A DNA stretch of 46,993 nt. It comes from Octopus bimaculoides. Lineage: Eukaryota. Positions 24,466 to 36,470 of this stretch are shown in pieces. Made by a program: the position numbers and the translations under genes. The stretch is taken from assembly GCF_001194135.2 (NCBI RefSeq), contig NC_068987.1:17914669-17961661 (forward strand), in the 5' to 3' direction. The notes under the pieces are model-generated. The model had not been told where the DNA came from. It saw only the letters and a list, made by a program, of their open reading frames with translations, and ran no database searches. The stretch's first letter is position 1. Every line of letters starts with the position of its first letter.

Positions 24466-24915
24466 TACTACTGTGTTTTGTTTCTCTTTTTTTTTTTCTT
24501 TGTTTCCGAAAAAGTTTCGTCGTGACGGATCTCAATTTTTAAGTTGGAAATTAATGGAACCATACATTAGGAATTACGGAAATCTACCCCATGCCGAGAT
24601 GCCTAAAAACAAATCATGTATATTTGAGTAAATTTGTTCATGCAGGCACACAAACACATCCCTTCAACTACATACACAGAGACATACGCACACATACATA
24701 CATACATACATACATACATACATACATTAGAGACAGTTCAACCTATACACCAACTCAACCACATATCTACAGACACCGGGAACTCTCTTCACACAAAAAG
24801 TTTTGTCGCTTTGTTAGCGATCGGCTTAAACTCTGTTAAGAATTTAAATAAAACTCAAAGTAAACTTATACATATATATACATACGTACACATACATATA
24901 TACATACATACGCAT

Positions 24916-24982
<67 letters not shown>

Positions 24983-25010
24983 NNNNNNNNNNNNNNNAGA
25001 CAGACAGACA

Positions 25011-25072
<62 letters not shown>

Positions 25073-25455
25073 CACACATATATATGTATATATATATTGT
25101 CAGATGTTCAATTATCTTCTGAAACTTATGTCAATTATTTCACACTGTGATATTTATACTGCTAACGCTTATTCGACAGAAGCTAACATGAGATATATAA
25201 TAAGCTGCAATTAATTTTACTGTACTTTTTAAAGTATATCATGTTGTGTTCACTTGACTAAGTACTAGCATAGTTATATCGTAGTAGACTTCAAAAGATA
25301 CAATCAAATAAATGGAATAATAAATAAGACCACGTAATACCAATGCCATGTTGAGAACTTTTTCAGTTCGTCATATAAATATACACAATACTTATTCCTA
25401 CACACACACCCGTACATATACATACAAATATATATATAAATTAGTACTACTACTA

Positions 25456-25758
25456 CCGCACTTCGTCGGTTACGACGACGAAGGTTCCAGTTGATCCAAT
25501 CAACGGAACAGCTTGTATTCCACAGACACGTAGTTCTCGTGGAGATTCAGTGTGACAAGGCTGGTCCTTTCAAATACAGGTACAACAGAAACAGGATAAA
25601 AGAGTACAGCACAGTTCGCCACCATCCCCTGCTGGAGCTTTGTGGAGCTTTAAGTGTTTTCGCTCAATAAATACTCACAAAGCCTGGTCTGGGAATCGAA
25701 ACCGCAGTTCTATGACCGCGAGTCCGCTATCCTAACCACTGGGCCATTGCTCCTCCAC
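25456..25758 (-). mobile_element. tRNA-derived SINE, family C
   Basis: Reverse-complement head GTGGAGGAGCAATGGCCCAGTGGTTAGG (A box) ...GGTTTCGATTCC (B box); core GTTCCAGTTGATCCAATCAACGGAACA shared with 33905-34283. Confidence 0.85.
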
Positions 25759-25821
25759 ATCTATAAATATGCCCATGTATGTATATGCTTGTGTGTATGT
25801 AAGTATATTTGTATTTATGGC

Positions 25822-26256
25822 ATTATTCAGTTTTATTTCAAGATTTCTTGCCAGTAGAGAAAGAGTTGGTCTCTAACATAGATCCAAGGCTCCTTCATTG
25901 GAATTTCTATATTAGCAACAAGGTATGTATGTATGTATGTATGTATGTATGTATGTATGTATGTGTGCAGATTTATATGCTTTGTTTTATGCATGTATTC
26001 TCATGCATATACTTGCATATCTAGACATGCTCATATATACTTAAATAATAAGCTTCAGGAAAGTTTTACAGATCTTTACAGTTCCAGTGATAGATTGGTT
26101 TTGTAGTCTTCGAATCAGCCTTCTCCTTTCTGGCTTTGAAAAGCCTAATTTTTCAAGATTGGTATTTAGGCTGTGTGTTATATATCCCAGTGCAACAATA
26201 ATTACAGGTATAAGCCTGAACTCGTAGCCTGAAGAGAGTAACTGCAGATTTCTCAA
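25822..26256 (-). mobile_element. 3' end (ORF C-terminus plus 3' UTR) of an R4/Dong-clade RLE retrotransposon
   Basis: LRNLQLLSSGYEFRLIPVIIVALGYITHSLNTNLEKLGFS...LQNQSITGTVKICKTFL*; the same family as 41140-41760 (LRHLQLLYPDYKFRFV). Confidence 0.8.
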
Positions 26257-27697
26257 TAATTCAGCGTATATAAGTATGCATGGATTTATGTATGTATGTA
26301 TGTATGTGTTTATACCACAGTGTAAGTTTTTAACATAAAGGAAATAAGATGTCTTCTCTTACATACTTATCAGAATACGAACACATGAATACATAGAATG
26401 ACGAATTGACTTGTATTCATCTTAGGTAGGAATTACTGTCGGTAAGAATATAGATTTGTTTGTATCCAACTCAATATATTACCGATTCTTCTCCGCATCA
26501 TATTTTAAGGATGGAACCCTGCTAGTGTATCTATGAATATACAAACGTCATGCCATTGTGTAGATACGGTACATCTGCACTATAACCATTTATTGCATTG
26601 TCAGATAAATGCGTTCGCCTTTTTTTTTGTGGTGGAGTTTCCTATTCATCTTAATCCTTTCCAATATTATATGAATTAACACGTAAAATATTTTTATCGT
26701 GGTATTTTTATGGATGGGTTTGTGTAGCTCTGTTCTTTCCCTACAATTTATATTCAGCATTTTGAAAATTTGAGAAGTAATTTTTCCTCTTTTCCGACAT
26801 ATGCCGATTGAGTGTGCCAAGCAGAACAAAACGAAGAAATTTATCTGACAACCCAATACTACCAACTTCATATATATCTGTTGACTTTGTAACTGTATAG
26901 GTAATCGCATTTTCACAATAGTTTTCATTTTAAAAATTTAACCAGGTGTCATCTTCAAGCAAAAGACGTTATATACGAAATTAATCGATATTAATTGCTA
27001 GAATTGAATTTCAGAAACGAGTTAATATCTTTCGAATGAAAATAATTACCACTTAATTCAGTTATACTTTTGAATAAGCAAAAGCCTATTCTTTCTATTA
27101 TATGAATTTCACTTTGGTTTAGCTGTTAAAATCTAATAAAAAATCTATAATTAATTGCCTTTCACACGTCTTTTATTTCCATTTTGTTCATTTGGATTTC
27201 AATGAATTCGTTTGACAGTAGATCTAACTAAATGCATAGCAACATGTAAGAGATACGTTTAGGATGAGATCAAAGCCTTGAGCTAAACTTCTTGAATGCA
27301 GAAACGAATATAAGACTTCGTTACATGATACCACCAATTTAATGATACTGATGATATTAAATCCGATAAAATTCTTAGATCCTTATCCCGGCTATCCATG
27401 GAAACGTTTGCAGTTCATTAGATACTAATTCAACTTTTAGTCCGCCATTGTAGAGCTGAGATTTCCCGCATCTTTCATCTACTTTCAGATTGTTTTGAAG
27501 AATAAGATGTAAATCTCAACGAGTAAAATAATCCACGAAAGTGGTTGTATTGACGTTATGTTCTGGAATGTTGTATGTGATTATATAGCGGGATGATTGT
27601 AATATAATATATTAGGTTATAATGCGAAAGCTACATGTTTGCTATTATGTAAAATTATATCCAGTTCAATGCATAGCGAAGCCAACAGCCTCAGTGC

Positions 27698-27859
27698 ATG
27701 TGTCACTCTTTCTCCAGTGTAACCTTACTTACGAACGTTCTTTTAGGTGCCAGCGTCGTCGTCCTCTACATCATCTATTCGCTTTACAACGTCGTGAATC
27801 GGGGCTCGGTACCGCTAAGCATCAACATGGGACGTGGCCCTGGAATACATTCGAAGTGA
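27698..27859 (+). CDS. Candidate 53-aa single-TM ORF, or a terminal coding exon from the acceptor at 27717
   Basis: MCHSFSSVTLLTNVLLGASVVVLYIIYSLYNVVNRGSVPLSINMGRGPGIHSK*; C-ending codons and high GC against the AT-rich background; acceptor cactctttctccag|. Shorter than any ORF in the track, so not listed there. Confidence 0.4.
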   Translation: MCHSFSSVTLLTNVLLGASVVVLYIIYSLYNVVNRGSVPLSINMGRGPGIHSK

Positions 27860-28002
27860 ACAATGCATTTCCAGAGGAATCTGGAAGAAGAAAACTGTGC
27901 GGAAGCTCCTGGTATACATGTGTGTGAATGGGTGTGTATGTGTGTTTATGCGCATATATATNNNNNNNNNNNNNNNNNNNNNNNNNNNNNNNNNNNNNNN
28001 NN

Positions 28003-28034
<32 letters not shown>

Positions 28035-28138
28035 CATACATACATACAAAAGTAAGAGGAATAACCACCAAAGTGGACTCCTATATGCTAGAAATAGATG
28101 CCAAATCACTTAACCACGAATAGTATGTTCTCAAGAAA

Positions 28139-28188
28139 AAAATTTCACCAAAAACGCCAGACCGGTCTGGCGTTTTTGCTGAAATTTT
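28139..28188. repeat. 50-bp loop-less palindrome with one mismatched pair
   Basis: AAAATTTCACCAAAAACGCCAGACC|GGTCTGGCGTTTTTGCTGAAATTTT. Confidence 0.92.
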
Positions 28189-28401
28189 ATAAATGACTTT
28201 TCTGAACCAGTGGTGATCACTCTTGATTACAAACAGTAAATCAAATAAATATTAAATTTAGATCATTAAATGGAATACAGTTACCTATACATTAGTATAA
28301 ATTTTACAAAGTTCTCAATACTGTACTGTGCTACGCAAGGTACTAGTTTTACAAGGTATCAGTAAACTAGTCCGGTGGTCGCGGGAATTCGAAGTGCTTA
28401 C

Positions 28402-28476
28402 TCGTAAATTACTGTGTAGAATAAGATGTTCTGAAAGTCGGCGTTGCACTTGTATCACATTTGATGAAGAAGACAT
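28402..28476 (-). CDS. Candidate first exon or uORF exon
   Basis: ATG at 28476, MSSSSNVIQVQRRLSEHLILHSNLR, ending in phase 0 at donor CGA|gtaagc. Confidence 0.25.
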
Positions 28477-29779
28477 GAAAGAATTGTTTGTTCGAAGTAG
28501 ATTCGTTTCCTCGTTTATATACTTTTGTGTCTAAAATAAAGTATAATGTTATAAGATTTACTCGGTGCACTCACACCCATTCCGTGTCTGTGAGATGTAT
28601 TCATTATGCTACTTCCACTGGCATGATGGACTATGGGAATCTTTCTAACACACTAATTCGAATTACTTACCATATCAAATTAGGCAAATCTAAATACTTA
28701 ATGAAATTTCATGCATTTTAAATTCGTGGATTTGCTATCTGTAGTTCTACAGTGTTGCTATACACCATAGCTTAATTATTTTCTCAATGAACTACGCATA
28801 TTTAATGCATTCCTTTCTAAAGTCCTCTACAAGCTAATGAGGGGTTCTTCTTTCTACAATCACGTGAGATATATCTGAGCTGAAAGTAGCCACTAAATCT
28901 CCCTCGTTTTTCTCCATACTCGCTTAGATGATATTGTAATCCTAAATACACAATGTATTTTTAGTTTTAAGAATTAGGTATGGTCACTACTACAACGCCC
29001 TTCACCATACGTCTGTTTATTCAATCAGTGCTTACACAGGACTAAATAACAACAGTCTCTTGAATAGTAAACTTGTAACAACAGCTTGAACGTGATTTGA
29101 AGAAAGAAACTAATCTCAAATAAAGACTGAAGAGGTCGCTATTGTTACTAAACAAACCTATTTGGACACACACAGCGACGGATGCCTACCTAGTCCTAAC
29201 AATGAAATTAATTTCAACTGGCTTATATGTTTGAAGAAAAAAACAAGAAGCATAGATGACATCTACAAATGAATTTATAGCAACTAACTCTTATTCAAAC
29301 ACAAATATAAGAAGTAAACAATGCTTGTCTGGACAAACATACTTATAAACTTTACAGCCTTGTATGCCCACATATACGTAATAGAAAATCACCATACATA
29401 TACACATGCACACACCAATACACACATAGGCATAAACAAATGATTTAACAATGCTTTTGTTGAAGTTCACGTAAGCTCATATATGAACTGGCAGGTACAT
29501 AAGAATAATTGCGTTCTTCGATTATGCATAAGGTTATATATTTAAGGGGAAGAAAACGTAGGGGAACATAATTAAATACTGTAATGTGTTTTAACCCATT
29601 CTCTACTGGTTCTACACTCCACTATTCTCAAAAACTGCAGAGTATTGTTTCACAGATGTAGGAAAAGGAGAAAAATGTCCTTTCCTTTAATGCTAGGTTG
29701 GATACTGAGCTACTTCTGAAGGCTGATTTTATTTTTCAACATACAAATACACTCTGGGTTTCTCGGAGTAAATATCGCA

Positions 29780-30600
29780 GGGGCGAGGAATTCAAGTAAA
29801 AACCGAATCTGACTCACGCTGGAAGCTTACAAGCCTTCTATGAGACTCACACTAATATTTCTTCCCTGATCTCAAAGACCAGGGGAGAAATATCCTATCT
29901 AGTAATTCGCTTCTAAAGCGAGGCATTAGATGGAATGTTCCTCCCGAAAAAACATTTTGGGAAGGGACTTGTCCAGACGTGAAAGTTTGCAAAGTTATTA
30001 ACCTATCTCAAATAAAAACCTACGTTTAGACATGATAGATAACCTATACAGCTGTAAACAGAGTTTTCAAAATATATTCTGCACCGACATTAGGGAGTTT
30101 TAATAATTCTCTAAAAGTATTTTATTATCTCGATATAGCCATTACCTTATAGATAGTAGAAAACACTTTATTTATACAAAAGCTTAGCAAGAATATTACT
30201 GATAATCATTGTAAAATGTAAAATAAATGGATTTCCGCCTATTACATCCACTCTATGGTACTCTCACACAAGAGAGATATTCTTCCTTGATCAAAAAAAT
30301 TAAGGGAGAAATATAACATTTACTGCCTCGCTTCAGAAACATAACAAGAGACGCCCTAAATTTGTGCGGTTTATCATGCCTGGTACTGACTCTTGTTATA
30401 CTATTGTTTACCTTCGGGTTCCACAATGTACAATAGCTGAGAGATAATTTGTCTCCCTAAGAGACATCATTGGTCTGAGTAGAGATTGACCTTAGCAACG
30501 CCAGTCACAATATCGCTCATCAAAATCCCCTCCACATAAATTACCGTGTAAGCATCAGACTTGCTGCTATTTACTCGGAAATTTGAGCCACGTTCGATGT
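29780..30600 (+). mobile_element. Possible highly decayed non-LTR (L1/Tx1-like) RT relic
   Basis: Ordered degenerate motifs WKLTSLL, Y*PIS, LDIAITL*IV, NGFPPYYI, QETP* and V*ASDLLLF, compared with WKLN.SLL, YRPIS, LD..KAFD.V, GF, QG.PL and YADD. Spacing is imperfect. Confidence 0.3.
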
Positions 30601-31650
30601 ACTTAGCTTTTAAGAGAGAAATGCTGGGACAACTGATATTTTCCATGACAAACTCAATATCAGAAGACAAATGCGTATATCACTAGTGGAAGAAAAATAT
30701 AACCATAACTGTTATGCATGCAACAGAATAGGACCTGCTAAAGTTATCCATAGATCAACTAATGGTATTAACCCGGATGAAGGACTATGTGCACCACGTA
30801 AGAGCTCATATATTGTATTCGTTCTCTGCACAACCCAATTTCATTGACAGGACTTGTGTCCAATGTCATTCATTGTAGAAAATATGCCAAAGTTATGCAT
30901 AGTGAAATCGGTCAAGGAAATCCGTGACCGCGAAGCGATCTCCTAAGCCACACGATCATATCTAGCAAAGTACTAGTAGGAAATTTAATACTTGTAGGTA
31001 ATTTGATACGATCTAGTCATCTCTCATTAAGTTAGTTCGAAACTTTATCCAACATATCCCCGTGAATCATGACCTCTCGCTGGACAGATACATTCGATCG
31101 AAAACGAACATGGTAAAATTTAGAAGCGCTCAACAACGGATCTATATAAAGACAACTGTCTGCTATAAATGGAAGCAAATTTCGATTAGTGCACGTGTTT
31201 CTGAGGAGAATATCTATTTTAGACAGTAACACAGGAAAATCACATGATTGCCGATTCCAATCGCGAGCAATGGTTTGGTGAAAACTCTTTAGACCATTTT
31301 GTCTACATTCACCAGTCTGTAATGTGATTCGAGTTTATAGTTTAATTAATGTTCTTCGGTGCTTTCAGCTTTCATTTCTCTTTTAAGGAATTTGATATTC
31401 AGTGATAATATACCACATAGTATTATATTCTGTACACGCATACATATATTTCTCTTTCTAACTCTTGATCTCTCTCCCAATCTCCCTCCTACTCTGCCTC
31501 TTCTCCGACTTACCATCTCTTACTTTGATGTTATATAATATGTGTATGCATCTGAGTATGTATATTCAGGCTTCTGTATATGCGTGTTAGTATATACATG
31601 TATGCATAGATTTAAATATTATGTAAATATGTCTTGTATGTACATATGTA

Positions 31651-31690
<40 letters not shown>

Positions 31691-31937
31691 NNNNNNNNNN
31701 NNNNNNNNNNNNNNNNNNNNNNNNNNNNNNNNNNNNNNNNNNNNNNNNNNNNNNNNNNNNNNNNNNNNNNNNNNNNNNNNNNNNNNNNNNNNNNNNNNNN
31801 NNNNNNNNNNNNNNNNNNNNNNNNNNNNNNNNNNNNNNNNNNNNNNNNNNNNNNNNNNNNNNNNNNNNNNNNNNNNNNNNNNNNNNNNNNNNNNNNNNNN
31901 NNNNNNNNNNNNNNNNNNNNNNNNNNNNNNNNNNNNN

Positions 31938-31978
<41 letters not shown>

Positions 31979-32634
31979 CATACATACATACATGTGAAGT
32001 TTTATAAATGTTAGATATACAGAATTACGCATTTCTGCGCATGCGCCGGTGTGTGCTTGTGAATATATATATATATATATATACGCGTGTGTGTGTGTGT
32101 GTGTGTGTGTGTGCCTGTTTGCGTATGTGTATTTGTGCGTGTGTGTGTGTATGCTATATATAAATATACATATACACACATATACTTACACATGTATATA
32201 TAGATAGGCGTGCATACGTATATGTCGATATAAACTCTAGTGACAGGTACATACACGTGCGCGCGCACGGTCAAACACTCATGCACAAACACACACACAC
32301 ACAAACACAAATATACACACACACATACACATGCATACACACATACATACAAGCACAGAATGAGGAAGCGAGACAAAGTATGCATATATATACATATATA
32401 TGCACGTACAACAATTTCAGGCAAACAGAATATAGAGGACTGATGCAAGTGTAATTTCAAGTGTAATTTCAACTTTTGTGAGTAACAAGATATGAGAAAT
32501 TCCTATCGCTTAGAATGGAATGTATGATGGAAGAGAGAACCACACACATACATAGAGAAATACATAGATAGATAGATAGATAGATACATACATACATACA
32601 TACATACATACATACATTGGCGCGTTTTGTGTAT

Positions 32635-33805
32635 AGGCGTAGGAGTGGCTGTGTGGTAAGTAGCTCGCTTACCAACCACATGGTTGCGGATTCAGTCCCA
32701 CTGCGTAGCACCTTGGGCAAGTGTCTTCTACTATAGCCTCGGGCCGACCAAAGCCTTGTGAGGGGATTTGGTAGACGGAAACTGAAAGAAATCCGTCGTT
32801 TATATACATATATATATNNNNNNNNNNNNNNNNNNNNNNNNNNNNNNNNNNNNNNNNNNNNNNNNNNNNNNNNNNNNNNNNNNNNNNNNNNNNNNNNNNN
32901 NNNNNNNNNNNNNNNNNNNNNNNNNNNNNNNNNNNNNNNNNNNNNNNNNNNNNNNNNNNNNNNNNNNNNNNNNNNNNNNNNNNNNNNNNNNNNNNNNNNN
33001 NNNNNNNNNNNNNNNNNNNNNNNNNNNNNNNNNNNNNNNNNNNNNNNNNNNNNNNNNNNNNNNNNNNNNNNNNNNNNNNNNNNNNNNNNNNNNNNNNNNN
33101 NNNNNNNNNNNNNNNNNNNNNNNNNNNNNNNNNNNNNNNNNNNNNNNNNNNNNNNNNNNNNNNNNNNNNNNNNNNNNNNNNNNNNNNNNNNNNNNNNNNN
33201 NNNNNNNNNNNNNNNNNNNNNNNNNNNNNNNNNNNNNNNNNNNNNNNNNNNNNNNNNNNNNNNNNNNNNNNNNNNNNNNNNNNNNNNNNNNNNNNNNNNN
33301 NNNNNNNNNNNNNNNNNNNNNNNNNNNNNNNNNNNNNNNNNNNNNNNNNNNNNNNNNNNNNNNNNNNNNNNNNNNNNNNNNNNNNNNNNNNNNNNNNNNN
33401 NNNNNNNNNNNNNNNNNNNNNNNNNNNNNNNNNNNNNNNNNNNNNNNNNNNNNNNNNNNNNNNNNNNNNNNNNNNNNNNNNNNNNNNNNNNNNNNNNNNN
33501 NNNNNNNNNNNNNNNNNNNNNNTATATATATATATATATAGATGTATGTATGTATGTATGTATGTATGTATGTATGTATGTGTGTGTGTATAAGTTCGTG
33601 TGTCTGTGTTTGTCCCCCCAACATCACTTGACAACCGATGCTGGTGTGTTTACGTCCCCATAACTTAGTGGTTCAGCAAAAGAGACTGATAGAATAAGTA
33701 CTAGGTTTACAAAGAATAAGTCATGGGGTCGATTTCATCGACTAAAGGCGGTGCTCCAGCATGGCCGCAGTCACATGACTGAAGCAAGTAAAAGAGTAAA
33801 AGAGA
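32635..33805 (+). mobile_element. Composite SINE, family A, with its internal microsatellite collapsed into a 705-N gap
   Basis: Head AGGCGTAGGAGTGGCTGTGTGGTAAG...GGATTCAGTCCCA (A/B boxes) before the gap; 3' half ...GCTCCAGCATGGCCGCAGTCACATGACTGAAGCAAGTAAAAGAG after it. Confidence 0.88.
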
Positions 33806-33904
33806 GGCAGTACAGTTCAATGGCTAAGAGTTCGATCCCATTGTGAGGAAAATTGGAGATGGAAACTGCTTATAAATCCACCCGATGGATTGTAGCTCTA
33901 ATTC

Positions 33905-34283
33905 AAAAACCCAGCCGTGTCCCAATGCGTTAACGGTACACGTGCCTGTGAAATTCTCAGCCATCCTGTGTCTGGCACTCTGACGAGTGTTCCAGTTGAT
34001 CCGATCGACGGAACACCCCGCACGTGGAGTTAACGTGTATGTGGCTGAACATTCCATAGACACGCGAACCATTAACGTAGTTCTCAAGGTGATTCAGCGT
34101 GACACAGAGTGTGACAAGGCTAGCTCTTTCAAATTACAGGTACTACTCATTTTCGCCAGCTGAGTGGATTGGAGCAACATGAAATAAAATGTCCTTCTCA
34201 AGAATACAACGCATCGCAAGGTATCGAACTCACGACTATACGATCTTGAGCCGAACACCCTAACCATTTAGCCACTCGCCCTC
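33905..34283 (-). mobile_element. tRNA-derived SINE, family C/D
   Basis: Reverse-complement head GAGGGCGAGTGGCTAAATGGTTAGGG...GAGTTCGATACC; shares the GTTCCAGTTGATCCGATCGACGGAACA core. Confidence 0.85.
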
Positions 34284-35049
34284 ATGTCAGCAACGTTTAT
34301 GCCAATTGAAAGAGCCTGGTTATTCATTTTAACGACCAACTGTAAACTGGTGGCTGGAAATTCTGACCATGAAACGTTTGCTCTTTTTGTTTGCTGATGT
34401 ACGTCTATGCATATTTTCATCGGTTTGTGATTGGCTGCGGTATTTGTATAGATATTTATAAAGAAATGTTTTAAGAGAATTGGATCACTAAGTTACTAGA
34501 CAACCAGTTGACTAATATATGAGTTGTGAATGTTTGAATATACATGAGTGTGCCATCGAGAGTGTGTGAGTATGTTTGGTTGTGTGTGTAAGTATGAGTG
34601 TATGCGCGCGTGTGTGTGTGTGTGTGTGTGTGTTTGTATNNNNNNNNNNGTGTGTGTGTGTGTGTGTGTGTGTGTTTGAGTACATGCGATAGATATAATA
34701 TCATAAATAGCTGCAATAATATTCAGACAGAGTATTGTGTGGAAACCTCATGAAGTTTACATTCACAATCCTTTGAGTTCAGTCGCGCAATTTCACATAT
34801 TAGATACGTTTATTCTTTTTTTAATTTTTTTCCAAAAGCTTCGAGTGGGACCAAGTCTTATGAATATACTTGATTGAATGCTTGCTTATTGAATAGGGTT
34901 GTACATATAATTCAAAACCTCAACCATGTCACACGATGACGTACACCGATGTTGCTAACAGAACGACACCGAGGACAAAATTGTCAGTTTAATCCATTTT
35001 TACACGTTAATTTACTTGGTAAGTCGTTCAAATGAGCAGGCAATTGAGT

Positions 35050-36470
35050 GCACATCGTCGAATTTGACGGAAATCCATTATCTTTAATTTTGCTATGACT
35101 CTTGCTAAGTACTTGTGCATATAAACTATTTTCTGCTTCTTATATGTTATTGACTTTATCGGGGAAAATATAAATATTTTTAGAGATGTCTTAAAATTCT
35201 TAATGTCAGAGCTGAAATTATTCTGAAAATTGGTTATTTACATCCGTATAGGTTGTCTATCGTGTCTAAGACGGAGAGTTTATCTAGAGGAATGTCATTG
35301 ACCCTTTGTAGCCATATCTCTATTGAATTATACTGTTTTTGTTTTAGATAATTTTGAAAATAATAAATTAATTATGTACTAAGCTGATGTTTGTTGCATA
35401 ATTAGCTTGAAATTTTGATATATATTTATAATTTAAATAGTTTTCGAACAGGAATTTTGTATCTTAGGACTGGTGACAGTCTTGAGTATATTATTCCATG
35501 AGTATAATTTACTTCTACTACTGTCGTTCTACACTGCAAATTGTCATGCGTATTTGTCTCACGACTGTGAGTCAGCCACGAACAATATTAGTGTCTTAAA
35601 GTTCTTCAGTCTCAGAGACAAAGTTCCTCAAGTGCTATAATTTTCCAGGTAAATAACAACATACTAATTTATGTGGTGATTTTGCTCACCGATTGTTTGA
35701 CCGGAAGCATCAAGATCAATCTTTCCTCTGACCAACGACATATTCATGGAAAATTAGTTCCTCGACTACTTTCGATTTTGGGACCTGAAGATAAGCAATA
35801 GCGTAACAATCCTCACTACCAGGGAATAAAGGTACATTTATCATCACTGTCTTAATTAACAGGTGCGCTAGGGAAGAGGGAAATTTTCATCCCTTTACAT
35901 GTGTGCAACTTACTCTTTCTCTCCCCCTTATTATGTACCTCAAGCGAGGCTCTAGACCTGCCATTTCTCCGTTATTTTTTGAGATCACGGAAGAAATATG
36001 TCTCTTATGTGAGTACAGCACAGTGGTTGTAATTGACGGAAATCTATCTATATTACTTGTGACTATAAGTGTAAGCGATTTTCTTGTTTGGTAATTGTGT
36101 ACATAAACTATTTTCTGCTTCTTATAGATTATCGCCTTCATCGGAGAAAACAATTGTTTTGGGAGATTTCTTTAATTCTTAATGTCAGAGCTGAATGTAT
36201 TTCAAAAATTGTGTATTGGTTATCTACTATGTCTAAGGAAATATAATAAGAAAATGGCCTACCTCTTTGGAGGTAGGTTATTTTCTTGACATATTTAAAG
36301 TGAAATACACTGCCTTTGCACAATTAATTTTGAAAATGATAAAATATTTAGGAAAATTTTTCCTTATTAAGTTGATATTCGGAGTATAATTCAATATGAG
36401 ATTTTGACGGAAGATTTTATTTTAGATAATTTTTAAGACAAGATATTTGTACTATACAACTAGAGGTGGG
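35050..36470 (+). repeat. Diverged direct repeat, units about 35050-35480 and 36016-36470
   Basis: Collinear shared blocks TTGACGGAAATC, ATAAACTATTTTCTGCTTCTTATA, TTCTTAATGTCAGAGCTGAA, TGTCTAAG and AATTTTGAAAAT. Confidence 0.75.

Noticed and set aside
27857-27859. In-frame TGA recoded by A-to-I editing or as selenocysteine
   Set aside because: A 5' G neighbour is disfavoured by ADAR, no SECIS element was recognised, and an ordinary stop explains it.
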